Shown: piece after piece, positions 49,091 through 62,870 of the stretch
Numbering within the stretch: the stretch's first letter is position 1
Layout of the letters: each line of letters opens with the position of its first letter
Assembly: GCF_006345805.1 (NCBI RefSeq)
Contig: NC_043006.1
Coordinates: 30,256,001-30,320,000 of the forward strand
Length of the DNA: 64,000 nt
Source: Octopus sinensis
Taxonomy: Eukaryota
Reading direction: 5' to 3'
The notes under the pieces: model-generated
Seen by the model: the letters and a program-made list of their open reading frames with translations, nothing else
Database searches by the model: none
Told to the model about the DNA's origin: nothing
Program-made: the position numbers and the translations under genes

Positions 49091-50330
49091 ATTTTATGCA
49101 TGTGCATTGTTTGTTTTTTATCAACTACACAGTATAGTAGGGTCAGTTGGGCACTGTCTGTGAGAAAAACAGCACCATGATGCTATTCACTCTGCCAGAA
49201 ATTTGGAAACAACATGCTGTACTGCTTGACATTCATGCCGGAAGCTTCAATATGAACATTTCAGAGTGTTTGGGTGTCAATCTGAGGACAGTGCAGAGGA
49301 TTCAGAAAGAGTTGGATGAGTCTAATGGTAATTACAAAGGTATGGCAGCTTGAAAAACTCACTCTGATCATTCTGATAAGAAGAGAACTCCTGAATTTGT
49401 TGGTGAGACCCAGGCCATGATTGACAACAATCCCTCCAAGTAAATCAGGTCCATCACCAGGAACATTGGAATATCTGAGTTTCTTATCAGACTGGTAATG
49501 CATGAAGACATTCAGTATTCCTCATACAAGATTTAAAAAAAGGGCCAATTTTTATCTCAAGTCATCAAGGACAAGAGGAAAGACCACGCTATGAAGCTTT
49601 TAAACAATTTCAAGCATCCCCTCCAACCGAACATGCTTTGGTTTTTCTCAGATGAGAAAAATTTCTGCCAGGATCAGATGATGAACACCATTGGCTTGCT
49701 GTGTTCCCAAAACATGTAGCAAGAGTGATAAAAATCAAACAGTCAACATCATAATGTTTGGAGTGATCTCTAGTGATTGCAACGTTATACCTCTGTTCAT
49801 CTTCCCACACAACCTCAGACTCACCACAGAGGCCTACATTAATTGCCTGGAGGAGGTAGTGCTGCCCTGGGTGAAAAGGGTGGCTGCTGGAAGACCCTAT
49901 ATCTGGCAACAGGACTCTGCACCATGCCACACACATAGAGGAGAACCTAATCATGGCTGTCAGACAATTTCTGCAACCACATCACCTCTAGTCACTTAAC
50001 TCCCCAGACCACAACCCCATTGATTATTATGTGCGGGATGCAGTTGAGCGAGAGGCCAACAAAACTCCTTATAATAACAAAGATGAACTGAGGGCAAGGA
50101 TTATGGCAGCATTCACCAACTTAAACATGGAGACCATCCAGAAGAGTTGCAGGAGATTCCGAAGTCGTCTGGAGTCCATGGTTGAAGCTAATGGGGATTT
50201 TATTGAATAAATTTACTCTTTAGTATATCAAGAAATTTTTATGTAATTTTGGTAAATATATCTGTTAAAATGAGATGTCAGTGTTATTTTCATTTATGTG
50301 TAATTTAGACAATTTATTTACCACACCCTG
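49091..50330 (+). mobile_element. Decayed Tc1/mariner, DD37D (maT)-like
   Basis: TA-CAGGGTG..CACCCTG ends; WFFSDEKNF, IMFGVISS, YIWQQDSAPCH, SPDHNPIDYY; many stops. Confidence 0.85.
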
Positions 50331-51221
50331 TGTATATATATAATAATAATAATAATATAATAATAATAATTCTTGGATGGAAATTATAATTATTTAATAC
50401 ATTGCTACATGCGTTTCCACAAATCGCATAATTTTGACATCAGAGTCAGTATCCAAGGGATTAGTACAGTATAGTCTGTATTATCTGTGGGCATCATCAT
50501 TGATCATCATCATCGATTCATTTCATCAGGTGATACTGCATTATTGGATGAATCACAGAGGGATGTTTATCAGCTAACTGAAATTTGGGGAAAATAAAGT
50601 TGATGCAGTTGAGAGTGGATTTTTTCTTTAAATCTGCCAGGTGAAATAAATGGATATGTTTCTATCGTATTAAATCTCTTCAGTAAAGAATATTCAGTTC
50701 AGTTAACAAGATTTAGATGTACATTATCAATGCTTAGATATTCTCAGCACTGCTGTCCAATAGTGAATGAGATTTCTTCAGTTATGCTGAAGCACCACTG
50801 CATTATTCTACATGACTCTGGCATCGCTGGAGATAAACAGTATTTCAGTTTGAAGATCCTATTAGTTAGTGGCTTAAAAATTGTTAAAGTAGTGAAAATC
50901 GATTTGTATTACATGCTGACTGTGGTGTCATGCTATCAAATATTGTTTTGTAATTTTGATTTCAGAAGAATAAAACTTAATAAATACTCAATATTTTATT
51001 AATTAAGATAACGTAATTAGCATTCTCAATGAAAGTGCGATAAAGGTCAATGGAAGTCTCATTCATCATCATATTGTTAAGACACTCGTAAACTTCATTT
51101 CTGATGCACAAATTTTTGTGAAGCTTAATGAGATTATGGATTTTTAGAACAATGACCATTCAAGAACTCATACTTAATGGCAAAGCAATACATTACTATT
51201 ATTATTATTATTATTATTATT

Positions 51222-54200
51222 ATTCTATGTTTGACTTTTGCTTTATATTTGTACAAGTTGGCTCCAAGTCTCACCCAGAGACCTCAAGAGACAACAGGGT
51301 TGGAAGTTCATGTTGTTGTTATGCCTAGTGTGCCATATATTTGGGGGGTGGGGATGTTGTACTAATGAATGTCTAAAAAAAAAAAAAGTTTTTTTTTTTT
51401 TTTTTTTTTTAAACCGAAAATTATGGTTGTTTTAAACCTTGAGGTTACATAGAGAGTATTTTGCGTAGGATATGAGCAGTTCCCATGAGCACTATCTTTT
51501 GAACTTCTGCCATTTTTGGGTTTCCTGGTATCTGAGTTAGGTAGCTATCAGCCCCTTTTGCTATCATTCCCAGGGCACCTATGACAACAGGTATTGTTTT
51601 AGTCTTCAGCTTCCACATTTTGCTGATTTCTATTTCAAGATCTTTATATTTGCTCAGTTTTTGGTAGGTCCTGACAGATACGTTTATATCGATTGGGACA
51701 GTCATATCAATGAGGAGGCATGTTCTTTGTTTGAAGTCTTTCAATATGATGTCTGGCCTATTTGCATCTATCTTCCTGTCAGTTTGAATGGTGAAGTTCC
51801 AGAGGAGTGAGATGTGGTCATTTTCAAGCACTGGGGGTGGTTTGTGTTCCCACCAGTTTTTTTCATGGGGCAAATCCAGGTTTTTACAGATTACCCAGTG
51901 AATATATTGTGCAGCTCTATCGTGCCTGTTGAGATACTCTGTAGGCGCTAGAAGACTGCACTTGGAGACCACATGGTCAATGGTTTCATTTTGTTGCTTG
52001 CATACACGACACGTTGGACTGCTTCTGATCTTTAATATGTTGGCCTGGTAGTTTCTTGTTGGTAGGCATTGATCTTGAGCTGCTATGATAAACCCCTCTG
52101 TTTCAGATTTTAAGCCAGAGGCCATTAGCCATTGATGGGTCAGGGCTTTGTCGATATCTGCATTATTCGCTCTCTTTGGGTATTTGCCATAGAGAGGTTT
52201 TTCTTGCCATTTATTATTCAGAATATCTAAGGCCGCAGTTTTGGCACGAGTTTTCATGCGCCTAGCTTTTTCTGTGCTTGTTTCTTGTATGTCTATCTCT
52301 AATTCCGAAATTGGTTGTATTCGGAATTCACTTAGATATTCCTTTGCCTGTTTTGTGACTGAGTATGATGCTTTCTTGTTTTCATGTTTTGAGACAAGTT
52401 TTAACATCCAGTCCTCAGAGTTTTTCAGGTAGGTGTCTAGGCCAATTGTAGCAATCTTCATTGTTATTGCCAGTTGCAAAAGACCACGGCCTCCCTCTTT
52501 TCTTGGCAGATAGAGTCGTTCTGTATCTGCCTTAGGGTGGTGCATTCTATGCATTGTCAACAGTTTCCTTATTTTTCTGTCGAGCTGACATATTTCAGTA
52601 ATTGACCAGTTAACAATATTGAAACTGTAAGTCACGACTGGTATAGCTAATGCATTGATTGCTTCGATCCTGTTTCTTGCATTCAGCTCTGTCTTGAGTA
52701 TTGCTCTCACTCTTCGATAGCATTCTCTCCTGATCCTTTCCTTCATCTCTGAATGCCTTATTCCGTTCCCTTCAATTACCCCTAGGTACTTGTAGCTCTC
52801 CACTGGGTCTAGTTCTTTTATGACATTCTGTTGGTCAAGGTTAACGTTAGATGTTTCTGTCATTTTTCCTTTGATAAAGGTAGCCTTTGCACATTTATCG
52901 AGGCCGAATTGCATTCTGATGTCGTCACTGAATTGTTTGACTATCGCTAGTAAGCCCTTGAGTTGTTGATCATTTTTTGCAAAAAGCTTTAAATCATCCA
53001 TGTAAACTAGATGATTTATATTTTTATCAAACATTTTATACCCGTACTGCGCGTCATTGAGCAGCTTTGAGAGAGGTATTAAGGATAAACAAAAGAGGAG
53101 TGGTGACAGTGAGTCACCCTGGAAAATGCCACACGAAATTTTTACATCACCAGCATTTAGGGATTTACTGTCACTGTTCAGAGTTAGTGTGGTTCTCCAT
53201 GATCTCATACTTACAGTCAAGAAGTTTCGCAGAGTTGGTGCTATCTTATACATTTCAAGGCATTTCCTAATCCAGCTATGTGGTAGGCTATCAAAAGCCT
53301 TTTTATAGTCTATCCAGGCTATTGATAAGTTTTTGTGTCGTTTGTGACAATCTTCTAAGATCATCTTATTGATGAGTAGTTGGTCTTTACAGCCGTAGGA
53401 TCCACGTTTACATCCTTTCTGTTCATTAGGGAATATGCTGCTGTCTGTTAAAAAACTATAGGTATATTCCGTCAGGACAGATGTTAGTGTTTTGTACATA
53501 GTTGTTAAGCAGGTTATGGGTCTATAGTTTTTTGGTTCATTTGTTTCTTCACTTTTTGGAAGCAGGAATGTTAACCCATTAACTAGCCAAGGAGGCATCC
53601 TACTAGGGTGTTGCAAAACATCATTGTACAGTTCTGTTAGCAGTTCATGGCTCTCTGGGAAGGCATTCAGCCAGAAGTTAGGAATTTTATCCTTTCCTGG
53701 AGACTTCCATTTGCTTGACCTCCTGAGAGCAGATCTTATATCTTCTACCTTGACACCCTCCCACTTTTGCTCTTCTAAGGGGTCCAGTTCTGTAGATATT
53801 CTGTCAATCCAGGGGGCCTTTTCGTTGTGTGTTTTTTCTTCTGCCCAGATTTTATTCCAAAATCTCTGCACTTCTTCTTTTGATGGTACAGACCCTGCAG
53901 TAAACGCTGTTTTTCCTATCTTCCTGTAAAAATTCTTGGTGTTATTTTTGAACATGTTGTTGTCCTTGAAAAATCTAACACGCTTTTCATACCTCGCTAT
54001 GCGGGCAGCTTTGGCAGATACCTTTTGTTTGATGGTTTCTATGGTGGCATCAATATCAAGTATAGTTTTCATATTGTATTTTTTCAGTAATTTTTGGGTT
54101 TTTGTAGGTTTGGTAGTCTTGTGAGCCTTAAGGTTTTTCAAATATTCAATGTCAGATCTAAATACTTTAATTTGTTGTTGCAGACGCTCTTGCCAAGAAG

Positions 54201-55030
54201 GCTTTTTGTGGGAATGTTGCCGTTTTCTAATCTTTACACCACATAGGATCGTTGAGATTTTCGCGGATGCATAGTATAGGTGGTTGAGGTTTGTGATATC
54301 AACATCATTAACTGAAATTATATCCTTAAGTGCAAGCCGGATTTTACCAATTATTTTCATGTTTTGGTTAGAGTTGCGGATTTTAGGAAGTGTATCACGC
54401 TCATCCATGCTGGTTTCTTTAATTTTCAGCCATTCAATCATGATTTGATTTTTTAGCTCATGTAGTTCTGTTGGGTCAATATTTGTGTGACTTTCTTTAT
54501 CTATTTGATGCTCATCTGTCTTAGTGTTTATGATTGGTTTAGGGCGTATTTCACTTTGCCTATCACTTATACTAACTCTTTCAATCCTCTCTTCGTTTTT
54601 ATCCGCCCTGGGCTGGTCTATAATCATTTCCTCTGTATTATCTTCTCTAGCTGCAGCTTCGTTCATTTTATCCGATATTGCTTGTCTAACCTGATCAATC
54701 TCTACTTCAGTCAGTAATTTCTTTTTTATAATGTTTCTTCTAACATTGGCAAGCTTGTTACTGTCTATGTAGGGTCTTACTTCAGGGTGTTTCTGTCTCC
54801 AGTTTAAGTATGCTTGTACAGTGCTAGACTTATCTGTGGGGAAATATATGGCATGGTAGAAGGCCTCAAGAACTTCTTTATTATCTTCCCTAGACCATTT
54901 TTCCTTCTTTTTCTTTTGATTATTTGGTGATGAGCATGGATGGCCATCTGTTGGAATATTCCGGTTGTGGGGTTCGTCCAGCTCCTGTGTGTTGGGAAGA
55001 TTTGATCCAGTAACTGATTTTTCAATCAGG
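51222..55030 (-). mobile_element. R4/Dong-clade non-LTR retrotransposon flanked by (TAA)n
   Basis: Single long ORF, ~220-nt 3' UTR, ATT repeats at 51195-51221 and 55031-55150. Confidence 0.92.
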
Positions 55031-55084
<54 letters not shown>

Positions 55085-55140
55085 TTTATCATTATCATCA
55101 TTATCATCATTATTATTATTATTATTATTTTTTTTATCAT
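51445..55140 (-). CDS. Uninterrupted RT + CCHC + restriction-like endonuclease ORF (true start uncertain; first ~37 codons are microsatellite)
   Basis: WSREDNKEVLEAFY N-terminal motif, KSPGKD, NYRPITCL, GIFQGDSLSPLLF, YMDD, CRVC..ETIDHVVSKC, RPDI..IDMTVP..KYKDL; no stop or frameshift. Confidence 0.92.
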
Positions 55141-55754
55141 TATTATTATTACTGCTAATCAATAATTTTGCTAGTTTAACTTTGTTGGTACTTGTTAAAC
55201 TCTAATCCTAGAGATATAATCCACTCTCTTCAGAAACAGAATCCATTTCCCCCACCCCATCCCAACAACCACAAAACCCTGCCAAAGCTAAAGTTAGGCT
55301 TATAACAGAGCATCTCTCTCATATCTGAAATTGTGCTAGGGTTACACATATCCAGGACCTCCTCCAAAAAAGGCCACCTCATTGAACAATGCACTTTGAC
55401 CTTTGACCCACAAATTTACGGTCTTCTCTCTTTTCTACCATTTTGACAGTGATCTCTGCTCTTCGCCTCTGTGAGGTCAAATGTCACAGTTATCCAGGCG
55501 GCCCCAAACTCATTCAGTCCTCCTCCTCTTGTCATCCTTATTCCATCCATCCTCCCTGGCCCCATACTAATGACAAGGCCCAGCCATTCTTCCTCAGAAA
55601 TCCTCTGAAATTCCTCCCTGTCTGTAATGTTCCTGCAACTATTCAACAATATGAACTGTGTTGATTTCACTAGTCTTGGAAAACCTGTGAAACAGCCTCC
55701 TTCCTCCAAATCAAACCAATAAAAATATTTAACCCCCCCCCCATCTCCAACAGT

Positions 55755-56130
55755 GCAGGTATGGCTGTGTGGTAAAAAGCTTGTTTCCCAAGCACATGGT
55801 TCGGGGTTCAGTCCCGCTGCATAGCACCTTGAGCAAGTATCTTATACTATATCCTCGGTCTGACCAAAACCTTGTAACTGAAATTGGCAGACAGAAACTG
55901 TGTGGAAGCCCATTGTTTATGTGTGTGTATTTGTGCCTGTATTTGTCCCCCACCACTACCCAGCGGTGTGATTATGTCCCCATAACTTAACAGTCCAGCA
56001 AAAGAGACCAATAGAATAACTACTAAACTTTAAAAAAAAGTCCTGGGGTTGATTTGTTCAATTAAAACCCTTCACAACAGTGCCCCAGTATGGCCACAGT
56101 CTTATGACTGAAACAAGTTAAAGATAAAAA
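55755..56130 (+). mobile_element. SINE family A
   Basis: Complete head, body and tail. Confidence 0.85.
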
Positions 56131-56219
56131 ATAATCTTCACTTCTACACCTGACAGCCATGCTTCACCACTGTTTACACTTTAAGAAAGGAGTTTACGTA
56201 GCAGTATGCCTTCTCTCAT

Positions 56220-56430
56220 CATCATCTTCCTCATCATCATTTAATGTCTGTTTTCTATGTTAGCATGAGTTGAATGATTTGACAGGATCTAGCAAGCCAG
56301 ACAACTGCACCAGGCTCTATTGCCTGCTTTGGCATACTTTCTATGACTGGATGCCCTTCCTAATGCCAACCACATTACAGAAGGTACTGGGTACTTTTTA
56401 TGTGGTACCAGCACCTGCAGGGTCACCAAG
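56220..56430 (-). mobile_element. SINE family C
   Basis: CATCATTTAATGTCTG..GCTGCACCAGGCTC-like..GGATGCCCTTCCTAATGCCAACC. Confidence 0.8.
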
Positions 56431-57787
56431 TAACTTGCAAGACAAAGACTCCTTCAAAATTTCATCAGATCTTTAAACTTCCTCAAATTCTAAATTCCCT
56501 GATATTATTTCAATTGTTTTATACCAATCTCTGGATTGTTATCGGAAACTGGCTTTTTTCTGTGGTCAAACTTGTAACAGTTATTACAGTGGTACCATGC
56601 TATTAAAATGGTTAACTTTGTTGGTTATTTGGCTTTGATAGGGAATGTAAAATTTATGGTTGTATGTCCACTGCTGCTGTAAATGTGCTTAATCTAGAGA
56701 TAATCACAGAGAGATAATTAAGTAAATTTCCAGAGTACAAACAGTATTTAAGGATCAAGGGAAGGGTCGCAATACAGTTGTATGTAGGGACCATGATCAA
56801 ATTTTAGATAAGGAGTCAGTATCTTCACTGTGAAAATAAATCTACAGGGTGATTGAATTAATTTATTGAATGGTGCTATAACTGTTTAAATTGAGTAACT
56901 CTGGAGTTGTGGATTGGTGAAAACAGGAGAGAGTTTATTGTGAATTAACGTGAGAGAGGCAATTGTCAAAGAAATCACAGAATAAAACTGTTTAATATGA
57001 TGTTTGGATTTATATCTATCAAGAGAAATTGTTGAATATCAACTGGTTGTGTATTCCAATATCTAGAAAGAATAAAAAGTAATAATCACAAGTGAAAATA
57101 CGTTTTGAGTTGCTTGGAATAGACTGAAGTTAAAACCTAGAATTTTATATTAGCTAATCACAAAGTATTCTGTAAGTCTGCAAGTTGTTGTTGTTGTTGG
57201 TGGTGGTGGCGGCAGCGGCGGTGGCAGTAGTAACAGTAATACCATCGTCATTGTCACTGTCATCATTCTTGTTTAACCCGTGTCATCCTGATTAAACTGA
57301 AATTTTGGGGGGACGGTGTCCATCCAAATTTACATTATATAATGTATCTTTCCATTGTTAAGATGGTAGGATGTGATTTAAGGAAAATATGGTTACGATT
57401 TCTAGCAGTTGAATTGATCACATCTTGGCTCCTCTTATTGCCTGCTACTCTATAGATTTTATAGGTAGCAACTCATCAAGGATAATTAACTCCTGTTTCA
57501 ACTTATTAAGAATATAATTGTAAAACCTCACAGAAATTGAACAGAAGATGTTTGATATCTGTCCTCTATTTTCTCCAAACTCTGTTATATTGTCTCAATT
57601 CTATCATAGTGCATATACTGTATACTCCTGTTCTGAAGCTCCATATTAAGTGTTTTTACCACATTTCAAACATCTCGCGTTTCTTGTCTCTAAACATAAC
57701 AAAATTGAAACAAAATTCATTGTTTATGTATTGACAATTCCCACAGGCAAACATCAAAGCTTCTGCACAAAAAAGATGCCAATCTAC

Positions 57788-58011
57788 ATACATGTGTGTG
57801 TATGTGTATATGTATATGTATATATATGCATATATATATACATACATATATATATACACACACATACACACACACACACATATATACATATATGCATATA
57901 TGCATATTTATATATGCATATATATGCATTCATATATATGATGATGATGATGATGATGATATATGCATATTTATAAATGCACTCATATATATATATATAC
58001 ATATATATGCA

Positions 58012-58051
<40 letters not shown>

Positions 58052-58165
58052 CACATATATACATACATATATATATACATCTATATACATACATATATAT
58101 ACATATATATATACATATATGATGATGATGATATATATGTATGTATGTATGTATACTTATACATA
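57788..58165. repeat. Compound (TA)/(CA)/(GAT) microsatellite
   Basis: Direct inspection. Confidence 0.95.
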
Positions 58166-58249
58166 GTTACGAAAGAAGAATCGATGTATCTCAGCAGCCA
58201 TTAATGTTCTTTTAATGCAAGTTACTAACTGACAGCTATTGCTCTTCAC

Positions 58250-58960
58250 CTCTTACTGGAGTATATCAGTGTTTGGATCAGAGTGGTATCTGCAAGGTCA
58301 CGTGTTTGCTCTTCTATTAAAAGATAACAGTTGTGATGCCATGTTTCACACTTGATAAACAAGTGTGATGATACTGCTGTTAGGTTTTATGATGCCATTG
58401 TCTTCCATCACTCACTCCCAGATTTATTTACTTCTTCCCGCACTTGTATTAAAAATCAATCCTTGGAATGAATTTAACCTGTTTTGGATCTTAATCAATG
58501 CTTGATCTAATGTCTCATAAAAGTGGTCTTTGTTCTGACTCTCAGACAACAGGAGAGATTCAATAACATTCAACAATGTGATGTAATGGCTACCATGAAG
58601 TGGAATGTAAAGTGATATGAGTAGCTTCAGGATGCTGTTTAGTGTCTTAGTTTGAGCAGGAAACTGTTCATCATAAGCAAAGAGCAAAGTAGACTTCCAG
58701 AAGATGTGATCTTCACCAACTTCATTAATAGAATCCCTTCCCCTTCAAGTAGCTTGGCATCATGGAGTACAACTATATCTGCATTATAACAGCATCTCAG
58801 CTCAATGGCTAGGGCCAGTCTGTTTTAATGTTAACCTCATAGTATCGTATGTTTTTTTGATCACTATGTAGAATGTCCATGTCCTGACATCTTTTCTTGG
58901 CCTTTCCCGAGGACGGGTGAGTTATGAGTCCCCAGCTAGAGCTGTTCCCTCATACAGGAG
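58250..58960 (-). pseudogene. RTE (BovB-like) APE endonuclease N-terminal fragment
   Basis: RLALAIEL..DIVVL..EVGEDHIFWK, LPLHGS..ITL, KDHFYETLD. Confidence 0.65.
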
Positions 58961-60323
58961 TCTACCAAGGGAACTGACACTCAATCACAGTAGCCAAGAA
59001 CCATTGGTCAGTGTTGTTGAAGAGTTGATATCTAACTAGAAGCTTCCAGAACATTCAAAATTGTCCCATTACTGGAGTTTCCATAACACTTTAAGGATTG
59101 TGGATCCCTAGCAGAAGCTTTTTTAGTGGTGTTCAACTGCATATTCTCCAGTGCCATAATCTTGGTTAGAGAAGATTTACTCTCTAGGCTGCTTCCCAGT
59201 TCACCACATTGGTTAGCACAGCGTTCTTAAACTGGTAAATATCAGCTCTCCACTAAATGATATATTAGTGAAATTTTTTGCCCTCCCTTCCTTCTTTATT
59301 AATGCTAGTGAGAACACTGCCCTCTGAACAGTTTTCTGCTGGTCACTTAATATTCACACGTTTGATTTTCTACTTCCATAATTTTTCTGGTATCTTATGT
59401 CTAATGTCTCTTTGTATCCGTTATTTAGCTAATGGCACTCACTCATTCAATAAATAAATGTTGAATAATAGCAACCACTCAAAAATAGCAACAGTCTCCT
59501 ATAATGGTTATGTGTTTTTTAAAACATTGTACACAACAATCAAACACTTTACTTGAAAGAAGATGAGAAAAATTTATATATGGTAGAATTAGCATAAGTA
59601 AATTAAGACCACTTTTCTTATTCAGCTTTCTATTTCTTCAAAAACACCCAACAAATATGAAAGGATACCAGAATCAACATATTTGGGCTGATGCTGGATT
59701 AAACTTATTCACTGATATGTCTGTAGAAAGTAGAATTGGAAATATTTGAACAACCTTTGTTTTTAAAAGGAGTATAAGCAAAATGTAAATATTTTTAAAA
59801 TGTGTCATTGTTATGAAATTTGTAAGAGAGAGAAAAGACAAAGAGAGACAGGGGAAAGACATTAAAAAGTGCTGTGTCATGGTGTTTAAAAAAATATCTT
59901 GCAGTGAATTAAAATTACTTAACAGATTGAAACAGGTAGTTGAACTCCTCAATAAAAATGTATTAAAATTAGATATAAACTTGTTACTAGTTCTGATATT
60001 TTGAGACGTATTCAAACTCATATAAGGCCATTCATTGCATCTGTGTTTACAACTTTTTGTCTCCAGCGAGAATATTTCTCCATAACAAAATGCAGTAAAC
60101 GGCCTTCTTACAGGTTGAAATATGTGTCTAACATAGTTTATGTTTATATAAATCACTACTTAGTAATTCTAATCTATATTGAAATTAGAATTTTTAAGAA
60201 TATTCTAGACAGTGTAGACTTAAGTAATTGCTTTTATTTTAGTTAAAGTTACATAACTAATTAATAAGCAACTTTATTATTCATTAATAAGAAGACAAAA
60301 ATAAAATAAACCTTGCTATCAGC

Positions 60324-62340
60324 TAGTGTGTTTCAACCTCAGCCTGGCTCTGGCCCCCTTTAATTCAATGCAAAATCATTATGGCCCCCATGCTAATTTA
60401 AGTTTTTATCCTCACACTGTCGCTCAATATGTCTAGAGAAGTAGAAAGAAACATTAAAAATTGTAGTTTTGCATCAAACATCCACCCCATTTGTAAATAA
60501 AAAAATAGTTGAATAAATACTTCATTTAAATAAATTCATTTACATTTACAAAGGAAAAAATAAAACAATTTCAGTTTATATTGCCTGATTTCAATGGGAT
60601 CCCTGTGACTGATGCAGGGTTACCAACTGATCGATGTTTGGTTTCAAAGCCGTGAGTGAGAGGTGAATATCTCCTCTTCTTTCTACGTCAAGGCGATTTC
60701 GAGTCTTTGACAGCAGACACATCAACCGACTGAAACCTGACTCAACTAAATAAGATGTGGGAAAAGCGAGTAGAAGCAACTTAACATTTTTCCAGAGTAA
60801 TGGGTACTTTTTAGAGATCTCTTCATTCATCCACAGTTTCTGGTACCCTCCATACTTGCTAGAGCGTCTGTGTTATTTTGAAGTTCAATGAAACTTGTAT
60901 GTCAATATTGATTTCAGATGGATCAACAACGAAGGGATCCACAAACTGCTGCAGCATTGTCATTTGGAGTAGATCAGAGAAGTGAATTTCCATATCACTA
61001 TGTAACAGCTTCAAATGATCAACATAAACTGTTAAGTCATCATCAAGCAGCTCGATGGATATACTTGCTAAGGAAGAAAAACAGTGCAAATTCCCATCTT
61101 CCAAGATTCAACCAGAATAACTTTGGTTTCCCGCTGAAGGTTTTAATTTTCTCTTTCCAAGAAAACAGAGTGGAGTTATTTCTTTGAAGTTCTTTTTTAA
61201 GGACATTTAGCATTTCAAGTTTGTCAGACAAGTAAAAAATATCACTCTTTACATCAACAAGTTTCTCTCCAGGCTCTGCTTCACTCAAAAAAGAGATAAC
61301 AGTGTCCCCAAATGCAACAAAGCGATGCAGGCAATTACCCTTGGATAGCCATCTGACTTCAGTATGCAACACAAGTCGTTCAAATTCTTCGTCGTTATTT
61401 TCACGTAATTGCTTAAAGAGGCGATCTTGCAGTGCATTCTTTTTTTATTAAGTTGACAGCTTCGATAATGTTTATAAGTGCACCACTCAAAAATCCTACT
61501 ATGTGTTTGGCAACCAAATTCTGTCAATGAAGAATGCAGTGCACACAAAGTACATTAGGCACAGCTATTTTTAAGTAAGCACTGAATCCCCGAGTGCCAT
61601 CTGTTGCACAAGCCACAATGTTCTTCAATGGAATGTTGTTCTCTTCAAAATAGGCCTCAAATTTTTTGAAGATGGATTCCCCTTTTGTGTCGGCTGTTAA
61701 TTTCAAAGCAGTTTTTGACATATATCATTAAGAAACCTAACAAATGCCATTAAAAAAGCAGAATTAACAGATAGAATTGATTCATCTATTTGAAGTGAGA
61801 ACTCATTTACCAAAAGTTTTGAAACTAATTGACTTTCAACATCAGCTGCCATTTCATCAATCCGTTGTGATACTGATGAGCTACTCAGAGGAATAACACT
61901 AGTAACCTCTTGTGCACTCTGATCCATGACTGTTGAAATCACTACAGCCACTGCTGTTATGCTCAAAGATTCACAAATGGTGTCAGGCTTAACAGCTTTT
62001 GCAACAAAATTTGCTATCTTGTAAGATGTCTACTTTTGCTGCTCTTTGAGTGAATGTTTGATCCACTGTCATCCTTTACTTGAAATTCATCATGTAACCT
62101 TTTGAAGAAATCTAGCAGCTTGTCTTTCTTATCTCTATGTGCAGTCTCCAGATGTTCTTTTAGTTTGCAGGAATGCATACTTTCATTTGAGAAGGAAGTC
62201 TCACATAGCAGACACATAGGCATGGTAGAATTTTGTGGAGATTTAATGAATCCATAAGGAAGATATTCAACAGAATAGTGTGTATACTTTTTTTAGATGC
62301 ACTTGCCATGCTTATCTGAAATAAACAAATATTTTCAAAG
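60324..62340 (-). mobile_element. Older Buster/Charlie-type hAT (other end possibly near 63705)
   Basis: Terminus TAGTGTGTTTCAACC; decayed transposase; no TSD confirmed. Confidence 0.8.
60591..62309 (-). pseudogene. Decayed hAT transposase
   Basis: MASASKK, PMCLLCE..HLETAH, FSLQIDES, CATDG, HCILH, LHTEVRWLSKGNCL, FPTSYLVESGFS, HQSQGSH; many frameshifts. Confidence 0.88.
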
Positions 62341-62870
62341 AAGTTGAATAAACAAGAGGTTAGTTTCAAGTGTTTTCTTCAGGGGTGGATACAGAGTAGG
62401 GTAAACCGATATACCTTTTTAGCCAAGAATAAAATTAGGTCTAAAACCAAGTTTATAAAGTTAATACATTACACAGTTAACTAAATCAAAGGCTATAATA
62501 ATCAAGAAAAACAGATTAATATTTATGCTTATAAAAAGATAAAAATAACAAGACAAAAATTCATCATTCCCTTTTCAGTTGACAGTGTAGAAAGAAAATT
62601 GATTTGATGAAAAGAAACTAAATTATAAAAGTGATAGCTAAAGGAAGCAAGCTGGTAAACTCATGGAGAAAATAGTTCAAGATTTATTGTTGAATCAAAC
62701 TCAAATTACCAAAATGAGTTAGCAAAGTATATTGAAAATGTATTTTCTTTCTTAAAAAAAATGATTTTATAATATATTTTGTTATATTCTATTAAACATA
62801 GTTCAATATTAAATTTTATTCTAATTAAATTAAGTATATAATACTATTCAGTGACCAATTATTGAATTAT

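Noticed and set aside
55031-55140. Poly-Ile N-terminus as a genuine domain of the RLE protein
   Set aside because: It is the flanking (ATT)n microsatellite; treated separately as a possible start-codon donor
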